From positions 19,558 through 83,557 of the forward strand of contig CDMY01000413.1 in NCBI GenBank assembly GCA_001179505.1: 64,000 bases of DNA. The letters are read 5' to 3'. The stretch comes from Vitrella brassicaformis CCMP3155 (lineage: Eukaryota > Protista > Chromerida). Shown piece by piece: positions 13,132 to 24,263 of this stretch (positions are counted from its first letter, which is position 1; every line of letters starts with the position of its first letter). A model generated the notes under the pieces. It saw only the letters and a program-made list of their open reading frames with translations. It searched no databases and had not been told where the DNA came from. The translations under genes were made by a program, and so were the position numbers.

Positions 13132-13578
13132 TGCACATCCGGGCGAGAAGGAGAGACGTCTGAGGGGCCCGCTGAGACACGAGGCGACGGAGGGTGTGCA
13201 TGCGGCTCTTTTCTTATTGCGGGAGGGGGAGGGCACACACACAGACACTGGGCAGAGGGGGGGAGGGGAGGCAGACAGAGATGGACACTTACCTGTACAT
13301 ACACAACACGAACACGAAGCGCGAGACAGACGCGTACACGCACTCCCACAACATATACTTGGCACACCACCTCCCCTGGCCCGGGTAAAGTATATGTACA
13401 AGCACGGGCAGCCCCGCGCCATCGGGGTGAAAACGGACTGGCATTTTTCTCCGAAACCCAGGGGTAGCCAAGGGAAACCTTGATGAGCCGGACTCGCCGC
13501 CCTGGTCTCTGCCTCGTTTTTGCAGGGCTGCTAGACCGTTTCCATGGATGCATTTTCATGCGTTCATGGAGACGCTCG

Positions 13579-13636
13579 ATGAATGACTGAATGAATGAAT
13601 GGATGAAATGAATGAATGAATGAATGAATGAATGAA
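13579..13636 (+). repeat. (TGAA)n microsatellite abutting direct-repeat copy 2
   Basis: A slightly interrupted atgaatgaatga run that ends one base before the second 83-bp repeat. Confidence 0.9.
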
Positions 13637-13637
13637 G

Positions 13638-13720
13638 ATTTTATACGTCCACGACGCGAAGGTTTGACCATTTTATACGTCCGTTGCCCTCGGTCATATG
13701 AGGCGCAGCGGCTGAGGATC
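13638..13720. repeat. 83-bp perfect direct repeat, copy 2
   Basis: Identical to 13049-13131. Confidence 0.95.
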
Positions 13721-13989
13721 CCCCGGGTTCTACAGCAACAGACAGTGGGTACTGGGAGACATGAGGAGCACTGGGAGACATAAGGAATTCCCAGCTGCAT
13801 CCACCACCCAGCGAGCGACTTCACGGCCGCTGAATGGGTCTGTGTGTAGTCTGCAATGGGGGGAGGGATCCACCTTACTACAGCAGGTGGAATGAGTTGC
13901 CTCCCTGCCCACAGCAAGGCTGAACAGCTCGGAAGCTGTCGCAAGTAGGGAAACTGTACTCCTTTGTCCGCGTGGGTTTCGTTGATTGA

Positions 13990-14960
13990 GTCCGCATGAA
14001 TGAGTCTGTCACATGAATGAGCTCTATCAAGATGAGCATGTCCTGCTCCATGTTCAGCGTTCACTGCCCTAAGCTGATTCAGTGCTTCTATTGCGGCTGA
14101 CTGATGAGCCATCAACAAGTCAAACACAGTCAAAAAGCCGGGAAGCTGTCGCAAGTACAGACACCAGCAGAACACATTGCACACACCAAACCGAAGAGAT
14201 AGTCGAGATGAGAGGCTTGCAGATATGGTCATATCAAGACAGCACAGACCAGGACATTCACCTCTCCTCTCTGGGTCTCTTGTCTCGCGAGTGGCCAGTA
14301 CTCAACAGCATCCATCTAGATGAAGGTGCCATGCAGCAGCCTGGCCTGTGAGCTACCGTAGCCTTTCGCCGAGGCTGACAAGCCGTGATTGTGGTCACGT
14401 TGAATTGCCTTCCCGACAGCCATACGCTCCATCAGCTTCGACTCTCGCTCGGCTGCCCTCTTCTGTCCGGCTGGCCGTTGGGGCTGTCGATGGGGAGCTG
14501 ATGAACGAGTGGGCGGGCCGTTCCGGCCTTCTTTCAGACGGTATGCTGTGACGCTACTGCACGACCATCAAGCTGCCGCGCCTTCTCGAGCTCCTCCTCA
14601 AAAAAGCAACGTGCCCTTGAGGCCAGTGTTGACAAGATCCGCCAGTTGTGGCTCTTGGTCGGCGGACCTCTGCTGCGCTTGCCGCTGAAGGGGCGTCAAT
14701 GAGGGAGCCGACGAATGAGTGAGCATCGCTTGACGATCTGGTCCTCTCTTCGACGGCACTCTCTATGATGGGAGGCGTTGTTGTGTCGGCTGAAGTCAAT
14801 GGGCACCTTGCAAAGCGTTGGCAGACCATCACCATGGAGAGAAGCTGATACGACGCTGTCGAGACGATTCTTGAACTCTTCTCGCTTCCAACCGTACCTG
14901 CTGCTCGACTGCTGCTCTGGCCGGCTCCGGTGGGAAGAAGAAAGAGAGAAAAAGAGGGGG
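13990..14960 (+). pseudogene. Probable decayed coding sequence of an unidentified family
   Basis: Protein-like fragments are broken by stops and frameshifts (ELYQDEHVLLHVQRSLP*, LSSLGLLSREWPVLNSIHLDEG, LDDLVLSSTALSMMGGVVVSAEVNGHLAKRWQTITMERS*YDAVETILELFSLP). The usual intron microsatellites are absent. Confidence 0.3.
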
Positions 14961-15208
14961 GAGAGCCTTCCCGTTTCAGGAAGTACGCTAGCCTTCTTCT
15001 CTTGCGAGCTGAGATCAGCGCGGGTCGGCTGTCTCCACATCGGAAGCGGATCTGGCAAGGGATCTGGGTTGCTAGATCGTGTATGGCGGCGCGCTGGAGC
15101 ACCACAGCTATCTCAGCCCTCCGCTTTTCTGTCTTGGGTTGTGATCTGCACGCATAGCTTGCGGACCCGTCTCTCTCGGCCACTGCCAGCGTCCGCCAAC
15201 CGACCCCC

Positions 15209-18200
15209 ATGGAGGAGCCCTCACAGAAGAAACACTGCACCCGTTCCCAAACTGCCCTCTCGCTGCGCGTCAACGCCCTGGAGAGCGTCGTGTTTCACCC
15301 CTGTGAGTGTCTGGAAGATTATCGCAAGCCGCCGGTGACGTTCTCGCCCACGTTCGCTCACCACTTCTTCGGCCTCGACCAGGTCATCGTGGGGTTCGAG
15401 CAGGTCGCCGTGAGGATCTATTTCATCCCAGACACCTTGGACATGTTCGTCAAGATTGATGGCGACAGTCCGTCCATCCACGCCTCCTGCGAGCGCGTCA
15501 TGGCCTGCCTGACCAACGACAAGACCAAGGTGGCCTTCCCGGGCGGCTTCTGCCCTTCGGAGCACGACTTCCTCGCCAAGCTCGAGTGCCGGGCGACCCG
15601 TGGGCAAAAATTCCAGCCGCCCGGAAAGCCTGTGGGGGTGTTGCGGCACACGGCGGGTGCGGGAGATGAGCAGATCGAGATCGAGGTGAGACGGTGCACG
15701 TTTGCCGATAGCGAGTTCAAGTCGCTGCACCGGCGGATGGAGTGGTTTTTCCACTGGTTCATCGACGGCGCATCGAAGATCGACCATGACGGACGCTGGC
15801 ACGTGTACGTCGCGTACAAGCGGCCCCCCGGCGGCGTTGACTACCCGTCCCACAGCCGCAAGCCGAAACCCGGTGCGTCGAGCGGCCGGCCGGCGTGTCT
15901 GAGCCTGTGTGGGCTTGCCACCGCCTACACATTCCCCAGCCTGTCGAGCAGCCGCCGCCGGCTCTCGCAGTTCCTCATCTTCCCGCACTACCAGAGAAAA
16001 GGTCAGTGCGATGCACTGGACGGAGACGGGGATGGGAGAGCGGCACTCACTGTCTTGTCTGGTGTTGTGTTGTGTGTGCAGGAGTTGGGTTGGATTTGTT
16101 GCAGCTGATCTATCAGCAGACCCTGGACGATCCCCACGTCTGTGAGGTAACACCAACCCACAGAGCGCAGCACCGACACACCATGAGACACGTCTTTCCC
16201 CCTCCCCCTCCCTCCCCGCCCCCTCCCTGTGTGTGTGATCCATCCATCCACCAGATGGATGTCGAAGACCCTGCCCCGGCGTTCGTCCAGCTGCGTGACG
16301 TCGTGACGGTCAAGCTAGCCATCGACAACAACCTGGTGTCCCCCCTCGCACTCTGGCCCCCTCCTCCGGAAGCAGAGGTGCCCAGCTCGGCATCAGCGGC
16401 CTTCCCGGCCAGCAGCGGCCTGGGCCTTACCAACGGCCATTTCCAGCCCGAAGTCCCCCTATACAAGACGCGCAACCGCACCCGCGCCCTCCACAAGGCC
16501 CTCACCGACACGGGGGCATCGAGTGGCTCAAGTGCGGCGTGTGGTGACATGTCGCGCCGGGGCCAGAAGCGGAAGCGCCGGCTGAGTGCGGGGGATGAGA
16601 TAGACATCGACAGCGGTGTGCCGGCGGTGGCCGCCAGGGACGTGGCCATGTGCACCAGGAGCAGGACGAGGGGCATGGATGGCGGCCGGGCCAGCAGCAG
16701 TAGTGCAGCAGCTGCCGCTGGGGGTGGGGGTGGTGGTGGTGGGAGCCACCACGGCACCGGTCGGTCGGGCATGACGTTGCGCGGGGGGCGAGGGAAGCGG
16801 TCTGTGGGCAAAAGCGAGGGGCGGAAAATGGTCAGTCAGTGAGCGGCACACAACAACACGACGAAAGTGCGTCTATGCTTTGAATCCTGCTTGGTCTGAT
16901 CTGTATTGGTGTCCGTCCGTCCCATCTATGGTGCAGGAGAAGGTGAATCATGCGACGAGTTCCATCCCCACCATCGACAGCCTCGCCCTCGACCTCAAAG
17001 AAACCAAACAGCAGGCCACACGGTCGGTCGACACCGACACGGACATCTACCTTACACACACACACACTCTCCTCCCCTCCCTCCCTGCGCATATCGTTGG
17101 CATCTGTCAATCAGGGTGAGGAGGTGCTGCAGTTTGCCCGTCTGCTGCAGCATCCCCTGCCGGCGGAGATCCCGCCGTCTTACCTGGATCCCGGCACCAG
17201 TAAGAACGGCCACACCAAGCGGTACCACAATGGCCACCGCAGCGACACCATGGAGCTGGAGGCACTGCCCTCGTCCAGCAGCGCGTCGAATGGGCTGGGG
17301 CTGGGGCTGGGCGGGGCCGGTGGTGGCAGTGGCGGCGAGGAGGGCGACTGGGAGATCTACCGCCTTGGTGTCATGCACCGGCTGCGCAAGGACGTCAAGG
17401 ACTCTCTCACCGCGAAGGTCTCACTCACCCCGAAGGTCTCAAAGGAAGAGGTGAGGGAGTGACAGGCAGACAGGCATCCCCTCCACCCTGGACGTGCTCT
17501 CCTCATTTCTTCTCGTATGTCTCTGCTCATCTCATCCATTGCTCTTGTGGTCTCGGCGTTCTTCCCTTCCTTGTTCGTCATTGATCAGGGTGATTTGGAC
17601 TTCTTCGGCCAGTGTGACAAGCGGACCACCGGTGATCGCACCTTCACCAGAAACGGCGGGGTACGGCACACACACATACACACACTCATACAACACGACA
17701 CGACACCACACACACCACAATCATACATCGAGAGTAGTGTGTATATCGACGCACGAACCATCCATGTAGAGTTTTTTTGTCGCCCTCGCATTCCACCCAT
17801 CCCATCGCATTACATACATACTTGATGGAAGGAAGGCTCACTCGTCGTTGTGTGGCGGTGTGGTTGGTTGGTGTGTCGCAGGTGGAGAAGGCTGTTCAGG
17901 ACGAGTTCAAGGAGCTCGTGCAGTCATACATAAGTATGTCCATCACACACACACATGCACACACACACACACACACACAGACGGGGATGCCGCGTCTCAT
18001 CCGTGTGATCTTTGTCCGTTGTGTGATGGGTGCAGGTCGATTAAGAAAGTGCGCAGGCTCTTCCCGGCTCCCCCACATATCAAGAACGAGGGCGACGGTG
18101 AGGCCCCCAACCAGCCACGCCCGCCAGCCGGCAAGAAGGTCCGCAAGGGCACCAAGGCCACCAAGGGCACCAAGGCCAAGGGGAAGGCCAAGCCCAAGAG

Positions 18201-18222
18201 CAAGGCGAAGGCGAGGGGGTAG
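15209..18222 (+). CDS. HAT1: Histone acetyltransferase type B catalytic subunit (HAT1) with long low-complexity inserts and a basic tail
   Basis: FSPTFAHHFFGLDQVIVGF, LHRRMEWFFHWFIDGASKID, RRLSQFLIFPHYQRKG|VGLDLL and DVEDPAPAFVQLRD are HAT1 motifs. Spliced exons continue to KAKARG* at 18222. Confidence 0.88.
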
Positions 18223-20997
18223 TGGTTTGTGGGGGGAGAGGGGGAGGAGAGGGGGGGTGATTGACGGCCATTTGTGCCTGCCTGCCTGCCTGTCGTGTGT
18301 GTGTATGTGTATGTGTATGTGTGTGTGGGATTGGTTTTGAGTCATTCATTTTTTTTCGTCCATACACACTACCCTCATCCATCCAGCCATCCATACATAC
18401 CGTGTCATCTTTGTGTCGATTTTTCCTTGTGTGGGTGTGCTTCTGTTGACTGCCTGCATGGATGGACGGATGTGCGCCGTGTGAGCGGCAGCTGAGCTCA
18501 GCTCAGCTCGCTTTGCTTATATGTAGTATATAATACGGCTTGCGTCGGTCGTCATGTTTGTGACATTTTTAAGGGTGTGCGTACGTGTGTGTGCGTCGTG
18601 TGTGTGCGTGATTTGTGTGAGGATCGTGCGGGGACACGACACGACAGCCACACTTATCAGATAAAGGAATGCACACCACACCATACAAGGGGGCTGGCTG
18701 TCATTGGCCCGTCATGGATGGCGGCCGCTACCTGACTGACTGACTGACTTGATAATGAGTACTTAGGGGGTACCTGACAGACTCACTTGCTGACCGGCAG
18801 ACAGGCAGACAGAGAGAGAGGGAGGGAGGGAGGGAGCCAGGCAGGTCATGGCTGTGTTGGTGTGCACACCACACGCAGAAGCACGACAGACAAGTCAGCC
18901 AGCTCAGCCCGACCTGACTGACACGTGGATGTGCGTGATTACTTGTGTGTGGGTGGGATGGCCGTCCCGTCGGCGGCACTCGACAGCCTTCGTGAGAGAG
19001 GTCAGCAGACAGACAGACAGACAGACAGACCGACAGGGCGGGAGGGAGGGAGGGAGGGAATGCACTGGCAAGGAATGAAGCAGGCGTGTTGTGTGTTCCG
19101 CTGTGTTGGTTCATATCAGATATCAGGCAGCCCGTCTGGCGGTTTCCGATATGTCGACGGCACTGCGAGTCGATGAGAGTCGGCGCCACAGATATGCCAG
19201 GCCGCCCACTGATCGGCAGCAAATGGTAAGTATGCACAGAGACGACGGCCAGCGCATCAGAGATGCACTGAGGTGGATGCGTGTGGGTATGGTGTGGCCG
19301 TCAGGTGAGATTGACGTCGCGACGTGATGCCCTCCCTTCTGAGGGACATCAGGTGAAGTGCCGCCCGAGTATGCAGAAGGCTGCATGAATGGCAGGCACG
19401 TGGTGTGTGCTCGTCGGCCACCTGTCGAATCAAATGGCGGTGAGCCAATTACACACACACACATACACACACACACACACACGAAGAGAGAGGCGATGCG
19501 GCCGAGTACCTCACGGACCTGCCTCTCGGTTGCTGTGTGTGTCTGTGTGTGCAGCGGACGAGTCTGAGGGCCACCGAGGGCAACGGGATTATCGCCAGAG
19601 CCGGATCGCATGACCACAGACAGGACACAAGATAGAGGCCTGCAGCACACTCTCGTACACATGTGAGTGTGTGCGTGTGTGTCTTGTGTATGCAGGTGCG
19701 TCGGCGCTTTCACTCAAGGATTATCGCGTGCACAAGAGCGGCGCATGGTGACTTACTTGATTCGATATGCGGATGCCGCCGTCTTGCAGGCCTAAGTGAA
19801 GGCGTTCGCAAGCTGCCACACAGTCAGGCGGCCATGCAGAGCGGGCTGGTGCGTGCCTGTTTGGCAAACATGAGGTCCGTCTGCGTGGCTGATCTGGTTG
19901 TGACTTTTTTCGGGGGTAAAAGGTGTGGGGGTTTCAAGCGCTCCACTCGCTGCTGGCGTGAGGCCTCTTGTCTGTCAGGCTTCTGTCTGCGGGCGAGTGA
20001 GCGATTGGGTGTGGTGTGTGGCGGTTGGTGCGTGCATGGGGCAAGGGTGACACACACACAAGCACACAGGAGGGGAAGTTTGTTGCTGCTCGCCATCCAC
20101 CATCCATCGTATATATATCTCTCTCTCTTGTTTCCTGCACGCTCCACTCGCACACTCGCACCCTCACTCTGTCGCACACCAGCTTCTCGCACCTTTTTGT
20201 GAGCATGTGCGTGCATCATTCCACCTCATGGCTGGCTGGCTGCCTGCCTGCCTGCCAATGATTTGACGTGATCGATCGTAGCAGTAGGGTGTGTGTGTGG
20301 CTGTGGGCTGCCTTCAGCATGACGCTCTCTTTGTGGTTGTGGTGCCGTTCGGACCTGTTCGGTCGTGTGGGATGGATGGATGGTCGGCTGTGTGCTCGAT
20401 GGATGGGTGGGCGGGAGGGTGGACACAGCGCATTACGCACCACTTTCAAGGCGGGTCTACGGGCTGTCTGTGTGGTGTGTGTACGATTTGGTTCCTTGGA
20501 TCTCGCTCGCACTGTGAGAGAGGAAAGCACCTATTGCACTGAACTGGTAGAGAGGTAGACAACTTGAGCTCAGTCGAGAGTCAGCGGGCACCTAGCAAGC
20601 TGTCCTGACTGACCTGGCAGATGGACTGGTGATAGCCTCACTGACTGGTGTGCGTGGTGTCCAATGACATGGCGGTGTGCTGTGTGTGTGATGATTGCAA
20701 TGACGTAGGCACACATGAGACAGCACAAGGACTTGTACACAGAAAGAGTTGAACCATTACAGAATCCACACGCCAGCAGTCCCCCTTAGGAAGCGCGGCA
20801 GACCATCCCCCACATCCATCTGCGGCCGCTTCACGCACATTCCATCCGCACAGCCACACGCTCGCCGCCCGGCGCCCGCAGGGCATTACACGTCGAATCA
20901 AGGCGTCCATTCTCCTGACACACATTGCACACCGAAACAGTCTGCTTCCTTACCCTCGCTGTAGACATTAGCACGACAATATTTGCACAATCACGGC

Positions 20998-21037
20998 GGC
21001 GGCGGATTCTATACGCTTGACAAAATAATAACACTGT
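20998..21037. repeat. Dispersed ~40-50-bp motif, copy 2 (possible DNA-transposon terminus)
   Basis: ggcggcggattctatac-gc-ttgacaaaataataacactgt followed by a. The reverse complement starts TA|CAGTGTTATTATTTTGTCAA. Confidence 0.75.
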
Positions 21038-21361
21038 ACAGCTGACAGGACAGCTTGGTGAAGGACAGATGAAGAGAAGAGGCTTCATGAGTAAGAGGCG
21101 GATTCTGGGACAGTGGCGGTGCAGCTTCGTTTCTCGACTTTGAGCGTTGGGGATCGCAGGCTGGCCGTTGGACAAACAAAACGCTCAGAAGAAACGCTCG
21201 TCGGAGAATCTCTTTCCCTGACGTCCATAGCTCCATACTTTGTACAGCCCTAGTTGCTAGTGAGAGACCCGACTGCACCGCAGCGCACCGCAGCGCAGCG
21301 CTGCGTGACTGTTAATTAAGGAGGAGGGGCCACCCAGAGAGCCGCCTCTTCTCTTCCCGGA

Positions 21362-22017
21362 ATGGCCGCACAGTCGGCACTGTCAGGCCTGGTGGCCTTC
21401 CTGTGCGCCTTTGTTGGCTGGGCGCAGGTTAGCATCCGCGGCCCTATCGACGACCCCAATCCCGTGCGCAAGCTGCAGACCAACACCTACCCGGCAGAAG
21501 GGCTCAAGGAGCAGTACGCCACCCTCAAGTATGCGCACGAGGCGCACGCCGACTGGCCGCGGAACCTGAACGTCCTGCCGGCCAAGGACATGGCCCTGGA
21601 GGCCGAGGTGAAGCGCATCGTGGACTCGATGACCCTGGAGGCCAAGATTGCACAGATGGTGCAGGTGGGCATTCCTGAGACGGACGTCGCCAGCATCACT
21701 GCCGAGCGGGGCTGGAGTGTGGGCAACCTGCTCAGCGGGCCAGGTGTGCAGTGTGGGCGGGGCGGGGAATATTGTGAGTCCAGTCAGTCAAAACGTGTGT
21801 CGTTCCATTTACTTATCGTCGCTCAGGTGCGCAGATTGGTACTCACCAGCCGTACGAGTGGCTGAACCAGGCGGAGGTGTTGCTCAACACATCGGCCTAC
21901 CAGGCCGGCGTCAAAATCCCATACATCTGGGGCATGGGTACGCGCCGACATTCAGCGACACACACAAGGCGGGGCTGGCCCCCTCTGGATGGACACGTGT
22001 TGACCTGCGCTGTGCCC

Positions 22018-22048
<31 letters not shown>

Positions 22049-24263
22049 GTGGTCCCTTCCAGACGCCATCCACGGCCACAACAACCAGGTAGGTCTCCGG
22101 GGGGGAGGGGGCGAGCACAGCACTGTGTGATTCACACGTCACCATGCCGTGTGTCATATTTGCTGATTGTTCCTCGTTCGTTTGCCAACAGCCCACGGGT
22201 GTCATTTTCCCCCACAACATCGGTCTGGGAGCCGCCAACGACACCGAGCTCATGAAGAAGTAACCCCACTCACCCACCCACACAAGCCACACACAGAGCA
22301 CCTTCACCTGTTCCCTCCCCCCTGTGCGTGCGTGTGTCCGTGTCGTGTGTGTCAGGATTGGTGAGATCACAGCGATTCAGTTGAACCTGGTGGGTGTGGA
22401 CTGGGCGTTCGCCCCCTGTGTGGCCAACCCCCAGCTCCTGCGGTGGGGCCGCGTCTACGAGGGCTACGCCGCACACCCAGAGACCATCCGCAGGCTCAGC
22501 AAAGCCATGATCCTCGGCCTCCAGGGCGACCCCAGGGACAACTCCTACCTCAACGCCAGCCACGTGCTCGCATCCATCAAGCACTGGATCGGCGATGGTG
22601 CCACTGAGGAGGGCATCGACGCCGGCGACACCTTCCTGCCTGAGGACAAGCTCATCAAGGAACACGCCCTGCCCTACTTCGACGCCATCGAGAACGGCGT
22701 GGCCACTGTCATGGTGAGTGGAGTTGAGGAGACCCCTCTCCCGCCAAGACAGGCGCGACACCCCACCCCACCCCACTGAGTGTGTGTGACGACTGGCTGG
22801 CAGGTGAGTTTCTCGCGATACAACGGTACCAAGATGCATGGGCATGAGTACCTGCTCAAGACGGTCCTCAAGGAGACGCTGGGCTTCGACGGCATCGTCA
22901 TCAGCGACTTCGAGGGGCACCAGCACGTCGACGGATGTGACAGGTGGCACTGCGCACAGGCCGTCAATGCAGGTAGGTAGATATGCATCCAAGCGACGAG
23001 ACAGACATTCCTGCTTGCAGCACCACCCACTGTCTGTCCATCTGTCCGTCTGTGTGTGTGTTTGTCTTGTCTGTCAGGGCTGGATGTGTTCATGGTCGCG
23101 TGGGGTGACGACTGGGATCACTTCTCGCGTAACACCGCCGAGCAGGTCCGCAACGGCACCATCCCCGAGGAGCGCATCAACGACGCCGCCACCCGCATCA
23201 TCCGCACCAAGGCGCGGCTCGGACTTATCGACACCGTACACAGACCCGCCGGCCCGCGACCCAGCCCATGGCAACGGGCAGACCACCTCGCACAGGAGGG
23301 TATGTATGTCTGTGTGGTCGGGCGGGCGGACGGGTGTGCAAGCACACACCACGACCTTGGGGCTGTGTGTGTGTGTGTGTGTGTGCAGGCCACTACTTCG
23401 GTGCCCCCGAGCACCGGGCGATTGGCCGCGAGGCGGTGTCCAAGTCGCTGGTGATGCTCAAGAACAACGGCCTGGTGCTGCCCCTCGACTCGTCCATGCG
23501 GGTGGCCGTCGTGGGCCGCGGCGGAAACAGCATCGCTCTGCAGTGCGGTGGGTGGACCGTTGACTGGCTGGGCTCCAAGGAAAACCCCAATGAGATGTTC
23601 GGCGACGCCACGACCATCTATGGCGGCATCGCCGAGAAGGGCGTCCAGGTGGACTACTCGTTCAACGGCACCGAGGGGCTCAGTGGCGACTACGACGCAA
23701 TCATCGTGGTCTGCGCCGAGAATCCCTATTCTGAGGTGGAGGGCGACATCCGCATCAACACGACCATCTCCTTTGCGCACATGGGCGAGGGCGACGGCTG
23801 GTACGACCTGAGCGTGCTTGAGGCCATGAGGCAGCAGCACCCCAACAGCAAGATCATCACGGTCTTCATCTCCGGCCGGCCGCTCTACACCAACCGACTG
23901 ATCAACCTCAGCGACGCATTTGTCGTCGCATGGCTGCCCGGCACCGAGGGCGGCGGCATCGCAGACGTCCTCTTCGGCGAGAAGAACATGACCGGCAAGC
24001 TGCCCTTCGACTGGCCGACCGACCCCTGCGACGCCAGCACCAACAGCGGCAACTACGGCGGCATCTGGCACATCGGCGGAGGGCTGACGTACGGCTACGA
24101 CCGGACCATGGAGACCTTGACGGAGCACCGGATCGACAGCTACTTCCTCTGCGAGAAGTACAAGTCCAGCCTGATCCAGTACACCACCTCCCCGCCAGTA
24201 GAGGAGGAGCAGGAGGAGCAGGGCGGCTGGGATGGGCAGTGGAACGACGGGCAGTGGAACTAA
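21362..24263 (+). CDS. Secreted glycoside hydrolase family 3 beta-glucosidase / exo-beta-glucanase
   Basis: Signal peptide, MTLEAKIAQMVQ, IPYIWGM|DAIHGHNN, FPHNIGLGAAND, FAPCVA...RWGRVYEGY, KHWIGDG, nucleophile motif VISDFEG, SKSLVMLKNNGLVLPL, acid/base region ENPYSEVEGD and AWLPGTEGGGIADVLFG. Confidence 0.92.

Noticed and set aside
13049-13720. CRISPR-like array (attttatacgtcc four times)
   Set aside because: There are only two units per block, the 'spacers' are identical between blocks, no cas genes are present, and the context is eukaryotic.
13450-14140. Hammerhead ribozyme (ttgatga with gaaa at 13450-13490; ctgatgag at about 14100)
   Set aside because: Stem I cannot pair next to the core in either case, and the second site lacks GAAA.
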